Of a stretch of DNA of 64,000 nt, positions 38,615 through 52,519 are shown piece after piece. The translations under genes and the position numbers were made by a program. The notes beneath the pieces were generated by a model. That model had not been told where the DNA came from and made no database searches. It saw nothing but the letters and a program-made list of their open reading frames with translations. The DNA comes from Antedon mediterranea. Its lineage: Eukaryota; Animalia; Echinodermata. The DNA lies in NCBI RefSeq assembly GCF_964355755.1, contig NC_092679.1:12941432-13005431 (forward strand). The letters are read 5' to 3'. Positions within the stretch are counted from its first letter, which is position 1. Every line of letters begins with the position of its first letter.

Positions 38615-40305
38615 CGTATCCGGATATTCACCCCCTGGACATTTACCCCCGGAAAACTACCCCCCGGACAACCACCACCTGGACCACTACCCCCTTAGGA
38701 CAACTACCCCTTTAGGACAACTACCCCCGGACAAATACCCCCCAGACAACTACCCCCTTAGGACAACAACCCCTTAGGACAACTACCCCCTGGACAACTA
38801 CCCCCGGACAATTACCCCCTAGGAACAATTATCCCCCGGACAATTACCCCCCCCCCCCCGGGTAATTACCCCGTGGACAACTACCTCTGACACAATACTC
38901 CCCGTAGGACAACTACTTCCTGGACAATACTCCGAGGGAAAATAATCTTTTAGGACAACTACCTCCGTAGGACAACTAACCCCTGGACAACTACCCCCCG
39001 GACAATTACCCCCTAGGAACAATTACCCCCTGACAATTATCCCCCGGAGAATTATTTATTTAGAAGTATTTACTGTAAAGACTGGGTTCGCTAATAATAA
39101 TAATAATTTTTGCGTCAGGACAATGCTTCGATAACCACTGGTCTTGAAAGAATTAATTTTTGTCTCAAATTTGTCATATAGGTATTTTTGTACACTTGAA
39201 GAATAATATCACTTTTGATATTTGACCTCAATGTTCACTCACCGAATAAACGGCGATCTTTAAATAAATTCCCCTCAAATAAACGGTGACCATGTCACTC
39301 CCATGAAACATCATATGGAATAATCGGCGTCTATTTCCATTAGATTATACCCCCTCCCATTGAATAAACAACTTTCTTCCAATAAATGTCGACCTAAAAA
39401 CCACCTAAACAATAAACAGCCCAGGCCGTTTTTTCAATAAATACGGTACTTTAAATCTAGCACATCTAGGGTCTAGCGTGCTGTTAAACAGAATAATCGG
39501 TAAAAAACGCGTGTTTCGAAACTAGAGACCCGAGACCAGAGACCAGAGACCCGAGGAGACCCAATACGAAAAGGGAGACCTAAATATACGAAAAGGGAGA
39601 CTCACGTACGAAAAGGGAGACCCCACTATACGAAATAGGAGACACCACTATACGAAAAGGGAGACCCTAATATACGAAAAGGGAGACCTAAATATACGAA
39701 AAGCGAGACCCAAATATACGAAAAGGGAGACCCAAATATACAAAATGGGAGACCCAAATATACGAAAAGGGAGACCCACTATAAGAAAAGGGAGACCCCA
39801 CTATACGAAAAGAGAGACCACACTCTACGAAAAGGGAGACCCTAATATACGAAAAGGGAGACCCAAATATAGGTCTCCCTTTTCGTATTGGGTCTCGTGT
39901 CAGGTCTCTGGTCTCGGGTCTCTAGTTTCGAAACACCCGTTAAAAACAGATGATTTCATTTTTACAGAAACCGGTCCTATATATTTGTCTACTTTTGGAT
40001 TGGGGGGGGGGGGGGGGGGGGGTGGTGACCGGGGTAGTTGACCGGGGGGTAGTTGACCGGTGGTAGTTGACCGGTGGTAGTTACCCGGGGGGTAGTTATC
40101 CTAAGGGGGTAGTTGTCCTGAGGGGGTGGTTGTCCGGGGGGTAGTTATCCTAAGGGGGTAGTTGTCCGGGGGGTAGTTGTCCGGGGGATAGTTGTCCGGG
40201 GGGTAGTTGTCCGGGGGGGGGGGGGGTAGTTGTCCTAATGGGGTAGTTGTCCGGGTGGTAAACATCCGTGGGGTAACTGTCTAGGGGGTAGGTGTCCTAG
40301 AACCG
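38615..40305. mobile_element. Foldback-like non-autonomous DNA transposon with tandem-repeat inverted arms and 8-bp TSD
   Basis: Left arm (38615-39055) of ~15-18-bp GGACAACTACCCCC units; right arm (~40000-40305) of the complementary GGGGGTAGTTGTCC units; termini CG...CG; TSD TGTATTAT at 38607-38614 and 40306-40313. Confidence 0.85.
39508..39939. mobile_element. Nested MITE with 37-bp TIRs and internal ~23-bp tandem array
   Basis: TIR CG(C/G)GTGTTTCGAAACTAGAGACCCGAGACCAGAGACC; ~13 units of TACGAAAAGGGAGACCCAAATA with one inverted unit at right; flanks GTAAAAAA/TTAAAAAC (6 of 8 match). Confidence 0.85.
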
Positions 40306-40859
40306 TGTATTATAACATTGGAAACGTCAATCTATCATCTCCCTCTATAGTAGCTGTTTTGTTTAGTGAACTGGGACGACGCACATACTGTACACAGGAA
40401 ATCCTGATCTCTAGCCTCTTGTTTGTATATATATTGGTTGTATTACAGTATTTTTACATTTCACACTATGGTTAAAATTATATTACATATATACAAATTT
40501 CATAGAATTATTTTTATAATTGTATAAATCATTGAAATGCTTTTGTACAACCACTCCCGGTCGTCGATTTATCTATGAATCTGCACCACCAGGCGTTCTC
40601 TATACGCCAGGCGTAGTTAACTACACGTGTAGGCCTAAGTTGGATCCTACTTTAGCGATAACTGTGCCCATAAAACCAACTTATCCGGGTATATAACTCT
40701 AACACATTATTTATTTGTCATTTTTGTTTTTTGTTGCGTAGTTTTGTAAAGGTGTACAACTGTTTGCAGGCTTCGCCTTTGTTGTACGTCCTCCTTTTGT
40801 TGTTGTGATTGTGTTTATGATGGAAATAAATATTTACTGAAATAACCTGTAGATTGAAA

Positions 40860-40925
40860 AGGGGCGAAATTAAAAAATTAACCGACCAATCGACCGACAT
40901 AGTGAGCTGTAGCACGCGACTAAAC
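40860..40925 (+). mobile_element. Helentron-associated (HINE/DINE-1-like) element end
   Basis: (ACCG)n microsatellite + ATAGTGAGCTGTAG + CACGCGACTAAA; related copies at 51647-51690 (minus) and 52443-52519. Confidence 0.6.
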
Positions 40926-43900
40926 ATATATGTCTGATTTAAATGTCTACATGTTAAAAAATAAATATAGAGGCCATTGTTATTGAATTAAAAAAAAGAA
41001 AGAAAGATTTTAACGCAAATTGAGTAAACTAGATGGATTAAACCAAGGGCTCATAAATTTACCTACAAACTGGGAGTCTGAGAGATTGGAATGTTCCATT
41101 CATCGCAAATCAATACATTTGTATAAACGTTTATTAAATCAGGGAAGAGTTAATTTAAATTAATGATTAAATCTATCAAAATAGTATTTTTTAAGAAAAT
41201 CGGCCAGTCTTCAACATTATGATACTGTACTTGAGCTGTTCAAACGGTTTTCAGCTATTAAAAACAATTATCATAGGAGGAGATAGGAAAATGCGAAGCA
41301 TCCTCATATTATTGTGTGCAGGTATTTTTCAAGAGGACATCCATTAGACAGTGTTATATACCACGATTGGAAAACACCCTATTTGGGGCAAAATCGTTGA
41401 ACCTAAATTCGTTTTAATTGTCAATAACTAATTATCTAACTCAATTTAATTAGTAAACAGGGTTACATCAGGTAGTTAAAATCAGTACCGAGATTCTAAC
41501 TAACTTGATATACCATCGATTAAACATTCTAGAAATAACGCGCGATTTACCGAATTTTGCCCTTACGTAAATTTATATATAGATACCGGATGGTGCTTTA
41601 TTCTATGCATGTTATTACTATGATGGTGATGCGCGTTGCTAACGTCCTCTTTTGAAGCTAGGCCATCGATTACCTTGTTATGGTACTGAAAGAATAAAGT
41701 CAAACCTGTGGGAATTACCCCACAACTATTAATTGAACAGGGGTAATTGATTGTCTGATAACATGTTTTATGCTGTCTTGCTCTCGGTTTGAACAACTCA
41801 TCTGCGTAAAACACAGAGGTGTAATAAGTTGTTGAGGGTTTTACTTTAAGAAGATGTACCTTTAGTGTAAAAAGGAAATCAGCGATAAAACAATATTTAC
41901 AAAACATTAACCTATTTGGGGTAAACCATTTGAATTTAGATCAAGAGCACTTTATCTGCCTAATTCCCGAGCACTTAAATGGTGGATATATGAGAATGTG
42001 TAACCCGAGGGAATTTTATCTACTCGCGTTAATTTCTACTGGCAATAGTTAAAAGGCGACATTAGCGCATCATCATTAGTGATATCTAGTTACACTACCA
42101 CACAACATGCCACTAGTAATTTCTATGAAAGTAACAATAAAAAGAAGATTATGTTACATTACATTATGTTTTCCTTGTAAAATTGTATTAGGTAGAATTA
42201 TACACGTTTTGCTAAACTACATGATATTGTCAGAATGTAGTCACATATTCATAGTCACATAAAGAGCTAACAAAATATAACAAAACAAGCGAAGATACAA
42301 AGATAGGCCTAAGTGAGTGAGAGTAAGTGAGAAAACTATACAAAGTGGTTATGCCACCAGAAAAATAACAGGAAAATAGATATGATATGAATGATGTGAA
42401 TTAAGCTTTCCAGAAACAAAAATGCATTTCTAATTTCGGCACCTTGTTTTTTTTTACACGAGAATAGATATTTCAAAATTAAACACGTATTTTTTAAAAC
42501 TTATCCTTAATTATTAACGCCATGTCAACAAATTTGGTAAATTAGTCTATCAATAATGTAAATTGGTCATAAAAGTTTAATGATTTGAAAAATGTTAATA
42601 TCCTTTCTAACATTCCACCTTGAGAATAAAGTTCGTTGGAAAAGTGGGCTTGTTGAGCTTGTGTCTGTTCCACGTGAACATTATAAAAGTGCCAGTTGCG
42701 TATCTCATGAATATATATTCATATTACCTAGGTTTTGTTTTAATACTGGTCGATAGGGGTCAGGCTATATCCGGTTCTGTTAACAACAAATTCATATTGT
42801 AGAAGTTCCGACAAATCATAGTCATAGGTCTATTAATAGAAATGGAAATAATATTGGAACATGGAGTGATATAATAAGTTAAGTAATTATTATCACACCA
42901 ACTGTTCCAATTAATCAGCTGCTTCCCTCTTGAATCTTTATTAGTGAGCTTTCGAATCAGTAATGTTTAATGTATTTGTATGCCTGAATTCCAGAAAAGA
43001 CAGTCAATACAATTTAGAAAGAAATGGTGGGAGAATTATCATAACATACCACCTGGGGGCGCTAATTTTCCTATGCTTTTACACAGTGCCCTCTTCAATG
43101 TCTATGTTGCAAAACTAATAATTCATGGAATATTGATCATTTCAAACACGAGTTAAATATTTCAAAATAACTTTATAATAACTGTATGATAGAGTATATT
43201 TTGAGATGAGTAAATACAACAACGGGAACGGCTGTAGATTCTAGGCCTACTGTGCGCGAAATACTACTGTAGGCTATATATTGGCATTCTGCCCACCCCA
43301 CAGTGTTAATTGTACTCTGTAGATTATGGTAGGTAAAAAGACGGTCTTTATTTAAGATTGTTAAGGAATACAAATTTAAATAAAATGGTTAAAATTTATC
43401 TGTACATTAATATTCTAAGAGGCGTTGTAAAAATAGGCTTTCTATCATTTTATTATTTTCTTGTTTTGTACAAGTTTGTACATACTCTACCGCATACAAA
43501 CACAGCGAGATGCAAGATGTTTTTACAATCGCCACACAACGCAATTGATTTGACCAATCAAAAGCGTCGGATCACTGGGAAAGGAAAACAAGAATATACA
43601 GTTTACTGGTTGCAAAAAACCGATGCTGTCAAATTTCTTAAATTAATCTTTTATCTCTAACCTTAATTTGCATATATACTCATGCAAATAACAATTTAAC
43701 CCTTTGTTTTATTAGTAATGTTTTTTTATTTGTTAATCTTACAGATGTTATGAATTAATTTTGAAATAACTTATATTTATTTAGGTTAAAGGTCAATCAT
43801 TGTCTGAGGAATGGTAAGCATACTGTGCTCTATAAAGGCTTTATTGCTGCAACATTGCTGTTCGATAAATCCATCCAAAGTATTGACTATCCCTAAGATT

Positions 43901-44559
43901 AGCCAAAACAAGCTTGTTTATATATTTTGAAACAAACACGTTTAATGTTTATTAAGTAAAATATGCACTCGTCTGTCTGTTGAACTGGTTTGACATTGTC
44001 GACATAAATCAAGATAGAATGACTCCAACATATACCGCTATTTTACAATTACAATTTATCGCAATACATTCCTTGGCTAATTGCGTACAATCTTACAGAG
44101 TAGGTGCTACAGTTATTATTATATAACTTGACGATATGCGAACGAATACAAATTAATATTATAAGCATATGCATTATTTTTACACCTTCGAAATATCTAA
44201 ATCGATTAAAAATGTGTTCTTATAATATATCACTCTGAAATGTAGAATGCGTTGGACATGTTATAACTAACGTACAAGCATTTTTCTAATGGTGTACATA
44301 GTAGGACAGCTAAGCCTACACTATGGTCTACATCTAGGCCAACATTGTTCCTCCAAGAGGTTTTGGCCTAAAGTTTGGTTGTGAATTTTTGGAGAGACTC
44401 GAATGGCTATGACTATTGAGAGAAACAGGACAGTTATAGACACCGCATTCGCGATTCCTGCTCATTGCGTTGCACATCAATCTAAATTTTTTTTCAATCT
44501 TTAATTTTTTTTTCTAAAGAAATATCGTATAGGCCTAATATAAACGTAAAGTTAAATTA

Positions 44560-44700
44560 AGCTCTGTCTACAATATCAAACCAGTTTGACAATGTGCCCA
44601 AAAATGACAGTGATATGCTTAAATATGGTAGTGATATTCCATCATTCTGTCAATATATGAGCACATAACATATTTTAAGTTTGATAGTGTAGATAGAGCT
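44560..44700. mobile_element. 141-bp MITE, PIF/Harbinger-like
   Basis: TIRs AGCTCTGTCTACAATATCAAAC / GTTTGATAGTGTAGATAGAGCT (2 mismatches); flanked by TTA/TAA. Confidence 0.75.
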
Positions 44701-45411
44701 TAAGAGAAAATAACAAAAACGTGATACAAAATCAACTCATAAAATGACAGAAAGATAAACTAGGCGTTTTACCATATTCTATAAAGGTTGATTAACGCTA
44801 TGTCTCTTCTATTGCCATTTATTAATTGATTTATTTATACAGTATATACACAGCTAAATACCCTTGAAGTTAAATCTCTCACATTCTTGAATTTATTTTA
44901 TTATGCTCTATGCATCTAGTCACAAAACACACTGGAAATATTTTACTCTATAATTGTATTTCCGTTTCAGACTTATTTTTCGACACTTTAGGATTTACAT
45001 CTAAATATTATCGATAAACTGGCATATAAAAGTGTAACAATTGTCAGCAGTTGTCGAATTAGGATGTGGACATGTTGACTGTATGCATTATTATTACTCT
45101 AACAAATCGATACTAATTATAATGTAGAATTTCTCAACAAATACCAAAATTGAAATTTAATCATAATAAACGTACGGTACAAATAATACATGGAAATAAT
45201 TGAACATAAAAACATACCAGCCGTATTTATAGCCTGACGGACGTGGTTTATTATAGCCAATGAAGCCATGCTTACGCAGTAAGAAATAAAAATTGTTCAT
45301 CCGAATCCCATGGTGTGTTTGACAACTTTCAAAGAATTCTATAACGTGATTTAACTATAAACTTTTTATGCAACATTGGCAAAATTGTACTCTTCCTTAA
45401 AGATTCCTTAA

Positions 45412-45754
45412 AGATGTATTGTCCCCCAAAAACATAAAAAATGAAGATTAATTAAATCAGACTTTGAATATATTATTTTGTAGTTTTAATAAAGTGAATC
45501 ATTTCCATAGAAAAAGAACGAAAACAAAATAATGTTTTCACCTATAAAATGACAAAATAAATGTTTAAAATTAACCAAAAATCCATTGGCTGACAACCAA
45601 TTTTACCATTTTTTGCTTTAAATTACATTTTTTCAGGTAAATACATTTTTTTTTCGATCCAATTTTTCGTCAAAGTGGATAACTATTGTGTTACATTAAA
45701 ATGGAATATTCAACATTTTTTTAAGAATAATTTTTTCAGGGGGTCAATACATCT
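45412..45754 (+). mobile_element. Complete Kolobok-like MITE (343 bp, TTAA TSD)
   Basis: TTAA|AGATGTATTGTCCCC ... GGGGTCAATACATCT|TTAA; RR...YY termini with a TTAA target match the Kolobok superfamily. Confidence 0.85.
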
Positions 45755-48700
45755 TTAAGTGGAATTTTATTATTCCCGGGTAATACATACAAGATAGGCC
45801 TAATGTATTTACATCATTAGATTTTAAATAATTAAACAAAAATAGTAATCGCTTGCCTTAAAAAAACATAGGAGGTCATTAACTGAGCTGAATGTAGGCA
45901 TAGGCCTATTATAAATACAAAACCTTTTTAGGAAAGTTGAAGTTTGGAAATGTTGGTGCTACCTGGTGGAACTGAGGGTTTCCGTTCTCATATCAAAACA
46001 AATTTTGAAAGCTGAGCAGTTTATTATACTTATAAATACGGTTTTTGTCAACAACAAAAATAATAATAATCACTATGCTCTTAATCAAAACTGATTACTA
46101 TATTTCATTAAAAATCATAAAACATCATAACTTAAATAGCATATGGGCGGCCAAATGTGTCTTTAACATTTCAATAAATTGTCCTTATTTGTATTTTGTA
46201 CAATGAACTATCCAATACGCCTTCCTGTAAAATTACAGAAACACTCACATTGGCAAAAACAAAAAACATTATTTTTTATATAATTTAGTCTTCAAATTAG
46301 GTTTGTGCTCTGTCAGGCACTCTCATATTAGTGCCGAATTGTTTATGTTTGAATAGATGAGCGATAACCACATTTAAATAGCTGTATGGAACGTATATCA
46401 ACCTGCAAGACTAATGAGTAACTCACGTATCATTTTCTAAAAACAAACTAAATCGTTCTAAAGTAATAGTTTAGTATATAATAACATGACATAGATGATC
46501 AAGGTTGGATGGATAATGAAGATATATGCACATACGGATGGGGTCGTTTGATAAAATATATGATTTCACACGATTTATATACACAGCAATGATGCTAATA
46601 CAAGTGATATAAATTAATGACTTAACAAACCTACATGTAATTATTACATACCGTATTTAGACATTAAATTCTGAAACGAAGCATTTTTAGTTTCACTTAA
46701 TAAAGCTTAAGACTGAAGAATTAATGATATCTTAACAATTAAGGCGAATTTCTTGGCTATAAGACATAAACATGCAGTCTACGTTTACACATCCGATTCT
46801 CGGTACTGTATCTAGATTTGCAAAGTATAGTTTGAATCCATATCAATCTCAATCGTCAACATGATAATCTTTGACGTAATTGATTGATACATTGTGTATT
46901 GCCTCTGTTCATCTTATTTACTTATATACATTCTAATTCAATCTCAATAATCGTCGACAGAACTTGATTGTTTGATAACTTTCAAATTTAAAGATTTAAG
47001 ATTCTTTGCTCCATTTTTTCTTGACAAAGTTAATATTATTTATTAATAATTTATATTAATTGACTTGAAAATATTTATCGTATTTCTTTATTACATTTAA
47101 ATCCAATCTTAATATTCGTTTAAGTAATGTAAGATTAAAAATAGTCCTTGTTCCAATTGTTTTGGCGAATTTTACATTATATACAGTATTTGTCAACATT
47201 TCTATTAATATTTCAAATATCTATCTTGTTCTTTACCTATTTATACACATTCAAATTTCAATTCAAGTCACAATTTTGATTGCTTGATAATCTCTACGAT
47301 GTAAATAGAAGTTTGGTTTTAAGTTAAAATTATTCATTACGTTTAACGTTTCTAGTAATAGACTCAAATATTTTACGGCCTTATTCCGTGCTCTAATTAA
47401 CAACAAACTAAAATTAGTACTGCGCACATTTAAATTAAATACCAACGCGACGACGTTATACTATATAAAGTTAATGAGGCAACGTGAGTTACAATTACTT
47501 ATTTACATTATTTAAATTCAAATTTTCCCACATATTAAATCAAATAACCTGTGCACGAGCAAACTACATTGATGATACCATACAGCGGTGTTTTTAAAAC
47601 TTGCCACTCCGCCCGATCCATCCAATACCTTCAAACCCTAACCCTAACCCGCCCTTTCACCTTTCACCTTGACACAACGTACTATTTTCTATAATATACT
47701 ATTTCAATTATTTAAAAAGGTTAGGTTCGGTTTTTTATGGGTATAAACTTACGGCTGATTTCATTTGCGGCAGTAAATGATGTAATCTTATGAATTCGAT
47801 TAGCAATTACACACTACGTTTAAACATAAGATAATGTAAAAAAAGAACCTGATCATCTTAGTATAATAAAATACAATATTGCTAATGACCTTCCCTTTAC
47901 AGTAATAGATCAAGTCTCTATAAAGTTCAACTGATTGTGTATCAAATATATTTGGGGTTGACTCATGAATAGTTTAATTTACCCTCTTGACAGTGGAAAG
48001 CAACAATGTACATAAATAATATTACTGCACTATATCGCTAAAAACTCTTAAACATGAATTGATAATGACTGTAAAGCACTTACCCCTTTAATGTTAAACA
48101 GTGAAAATACACTCTTAGAGTAAATTTTTCAGCAGTGTACTTAAGGGCCACTCATAAAAAGTGAAACTCGCTCTTTTAGGGTGTTGACTAATTCAACAAC
48201 TATTTATTGTTTCACTCGTTTACCATAATAAAGAAACATATTGCCAAGATGCTTAGATAATTAACTTTTTTAAAAGTCATTATTAGTATTTATTTTAACA
48301 ATTTTAGGCATTCCTAATATACTAACACATTATTTACAATATAGAAACTTTGTATAAAAAGAATACGGTAGCTGTGTCATTATGTAGGTTCGATGTCATG
48401 AGTAAACATGTCATCTGTAAGTTTAAATCGTTGGGTCGAACATATCACCGTGTAAAACCAAATTGAAATACTGAAAATTTAATTATAAACAACATCCCGA
48501 AATATCAACAGGAGATTCTGTTCAAGTTAAATGTTAATTTCTGTTTACACGTGTTGTACTGAACTTGTAGTGTATAGTCGCCTTTGCTTGGTAATTTTTT
48601 GCAGATATACGATTTCTTCAAAATCTTTTTATTCATCTCCAGTGCACCTCGGCGATAAAACACCTCATTTGCTTTTTGTCGGCATTTTCGTTCACATTTT

Positions 48701-51296
48701 GTTTCGGCGATATGACATTTGTAATCTTGTAACGTTTTCGAAGTGAGCCAAGCAGGCACGTAACAGGACGGTGTTCGTACCTTGACCGTCTTCATTTTCC
48801 GCAGTGTAGTAAAAGATCCATCACGTGACTGCGCCAGGACAAGACAATGACAACTAAAAACAAAATTATGTACATATCATTTGATAATGTCGCAAATGAT
48901 TATTGATATTAACACGTTTGGGGGAAATAATAGCTAATAAATGTGAACGGCCGGGTGACGTATTGCGGCGTTTATATTTGCATGGTCATTACCACGGCCT
49001 TCATCACTTCGACATTCAAGATCTTTCCTCTTATAGAGAAACGTTAAATTGTGAATATTAAATGCGTACAAATGCACATCGAACATCCACCCAAAACGAT
49101 ATCAAGAGAATTCATGACATTATGCAAAATTGTCTTATTTGCTGGAACATGCATATTATATAATGACATAAATTATATTTCAATGCCATAATATGTAATC
49201 CTGCCTTATTTCCCTCATGGCTGTAAACGTACCGTTTACCTAAACACCCATCCTGACTCCGATTCAACGCTTACGGCTAAAACTTCTATTTCAACTAATA
49301 TTATGCAATTAGCTATAATTGAAAATTAACAATACTGTTATAATCATATCGGTCGGTAATCTGTTATGAGCAGTCATTCTAAAACTAATTCAACAACTGG
49401 GCCTCTCTGTCACAAAGCATAATAATAATAATACTTCAGCATTCGATATATTTTATCGAGTATCATACATACATTCTATATTAAAGTATCACATGGGACG
49501 CCTGTATTATAGGTCATAAGTCTCCCATCAACAAGCGCCATATGTGATATGGTACACACTGTATTACATAATTTGCATGACACCCATCATATAATGCAAT
49601 ATGTTGAAATACAGTGGGTGTCTGTACATAGAAAATTATAATTAATGCTAATTAAGTATTCAGACATTTTTATTGATTATGCTAATTAAATGTTTGTTAA
49701 ATATTACACGGACATATTCAGTGTAGACATGAATTGAATGAAATGGATACGGTAGATTACGTAAAGAGACTAACAGATCAGTTATCAATCAATTCAGTAT
49801 CATGCCTATAGGTTAATCAGGCAATATAAAAAATAGAAAAGGTAATACATAATGCGTATACTACATCTTACACTAGGTATACTTATATTTAAGCATACGT
49901 ATTATTAATAATACAACATTCAATACAAATTATTTTATACACAGTCGTACAGCGTACATTCCGCGTATTATTGTTTATAATATAACGTGAAATGGGAATA
50001 TAATTTTAAACGTTGTAAAAAGAAATTGAAATTTGGTTATGAAAGATGAAGCTAATAAATTGTATTCGTGCTTAGAATGAATGGTTCAGTCCTTCGTAAA
50101 ATCAATTAAACGTTCGGGTTCATTTTTCCGTTGAATTCGTTTTCACCTATTTCTTTACGCAACTTATGAATAGACTAATACGTTTAAATAACTAATCATT
50201 CAAGAAAATTGGATATAAGGCAATAGAAAAAAACAATGAATACAATTGATGTATATATTACCTTAGTTTAGCAGCGAGTGTTACCTCGCTTGAAGCAGCA
50301 AATTTCAAACAGATAATAAGTAAAACAGCGACTGCAGATGCGAGGTTGTATATTGGCATGGTTCTTCTTCGGTTGACTAGCTGCAGTTACTGAAACAGTA
50401 TTCATTCACGCGAGTTCAATGTATTATGTTTTAGCGTTCATCTCTCAAGGGGCTACTCCGCTTAGAAAGGGGTCGTGGACCAGATAAGTACTGAGTAAAG
50501 TATATCTACAAGAAACTTCATACTAGTATAAACACACCTGGTGCCAACTTTTTACATCTTTCGGTAAACATCGTATAACTTGAGTGTACGTTTTCAGTTT
50601 GTTTGCGAGGGGCGGGGAATACATGCAACGATCGTTTATGACTTTCAGTAGTGTAAACGTACAAATGTAAATGTCTAACAGTAAGTATCGTGTGGTATCT
50701 ATGCAATACCATTGTAAGAATAGAACGGTTACAGTCGAATTATTTTGAATAATACTTCGGATTATCATTGAGCAGTAGTGCAATTATTTAAAAAAAAGCC
50801 TACATAAATTAATTGATGTTTATAGATTACAATGTTCGGTTGCGCGCGACTTGAGCCGACTGCCTGCCATCAATTTGGATTTGTCGTAGATGCCATGAAA
50901 ATATCATCCCCTTTAATTTACCTATATTATCATAGTCCTAAATAGATGGTTTCAGACCTCCACTCGGTTTCTTTCTATATTCTATATGACAGAGTTGGTA
51001 GGCTTAAGCAAAAGCTCATTAAAATCTCGAAAAATATAAAGTTGAGCATTAATTAATGAAGAAAAAGGATTAAGACTTCTGTAATTTGGTAAACCACGGT
51101 TAAATCTATTATCTTGTTATATGGGCCTATCTTGATCAAAATATCCACTCCAATTTGCATGAATGCTTAAGTATCATAATTGTAATTGGACATTTCATTA
51201 CTTTTTCACAATAACGATGGGTTATGATGGTTTACGTACTATTAATCATGTTTGATTGCTTGAGTGAGTAATCTTCATTTCATGATGATTACTTAA

Positions 51297-51600
51297 AGAT
51301 GTATTATCCTCCAAAAACATGAATAATTATGATTAATAATAATTCACACTTTGAATAGGCCATTTCATAGTTTTAATAGAGTTAATTACGGTACTGCTAT
51401 AGAAAAAAAAAAGCAAAATAAACGGTTAAATTCAGTCATAAACTCATTGGCTGGCAGCCAATTTGATTACTTGTGGTTTTAAGTTAGTTTTTTTAAGGTA
51501 AATCATTTTTTGGTCAAAATGAACTATTACGTGACATTAAAATGGCATAGACCTATTCAATCAATAATAAAAATAATAAAAATAAAAGGGAACAATATAT
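51297..51600 (+). mobile_element. Older diverged copy of the Kolobok-like MITE
   Basis: TTAA|AGATGTATTATCCTCC start, shared CATTGGCTG.CA.CCAATTT and ACATTAAAATGG blocks. Confidence 0.7.
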
Positions 51601-52329
51601 ATATATATTATAACACCGTTATTAAAAGTAACATTATATTATCGCCTCTATAGCTCCTCACTATGTCGGTTGGTCGGTCGGTCGGTTGGTAAACACTAAC
51701 TCAAATTGTAGGCCTATATGGCCTTGTTTAAACAGTAGTTTGGTTTTTACAGTAACGTTGCCTTTCAATCACAAGGTCAAGTAAGATTTTATTTTATCTA
51801 CTACCGTGGAGAAGACATTAAGGCGAGTGGCTAATGAAGCCGTCTCCCCCTTATATGTCATGATAACAATAATGTTAAGATACGGAATACTATGCATATT
51901 ATATCTTTTTTATATTTATAACATCAGAAGGTCGCTATACCGCAGGAGAAGAATTGAGAATCAAAATCAATAACTAACCATTACCATGGTAATAACAATA
52001 ACAATTCGAACGGATCTCATAATTTTGTCGTTAAGCTTTTAAATTGAATGATAATTTTGACATTTATATCTCCAAGCATTAGCAAATTAATTGTTTTTTT
52101 AAAATTGTATTATCTACATATTTAAAACAAATTAAAATGTTCAATACAATAATAATAATACCATTAAATAGATTAAATGGACTTTTCTTTAACCGCTTGC
52201 TTTGATAAATTCAGATAATTCTTTCTTTTTAAAATTCGGTCATTATTATACTAGATATAAACTTGTCATCAAGCGCAATGTTAAAACAAATCATCAAAAT
52301 GAAGTTAAAAGTAACAATTGCAAAAGATA

Positions 52330-52519
52330 ATTGCCTCAGTACGAACATATTAAAAGAAAATCGGACACGGATAAGAAACACGATTTTAAACAAGGCCATA
52401 CACATGGCTGAAGTCGCATGCTCACATTTGAGTTAGTGTTTACCGACTGACCAACCTACCGACCGACTAACCGACAGGCATAGTGAGCTGTAGAGTCGCG
52501 TTTGCACGCGACTAAAAAT
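52330..52519 (+). mobile_element. Helentron-associated (HINE/DINE-1-like) element
   Basis: (ACCG/ACTG)n tract followed by ATAGTGAGCTGTAGAGTCGCGTTTGCACGCGACTAAAAAT (terminal hairpin AGTCGCGT/ACGCGACT); 5' boundary approximate. Confidence 0.65.

Noticed and set aside
39560-39870. CRISPR-like appearance of the 23-bp GAAAAGGGAGACC array
   Set aside because: Head-to-tail units with no unique spacers, enclosed by TIRs, eukaryotic context, no cas genes.
38819-40041. Cys/Gly/Pro-rich ORF 38819-39022 and RKGRP ORF 39745-40041
   Set aside because: Read-through of transposon tandem subrepeats.
47633-47650. Telomere-like AACCCT repeats, also TTTAGGG at ~59051-59070
   Set aside because: Only about three units each; such tracts are common inside non-autonomous elements.
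41563-50783. Short ORFs in globin intron 1 as nested genes or extra globin exons
   Set aside because: No recognisable domains or consistent splice phases; exon 1 and exon 2 already join perfectly at B12.2.
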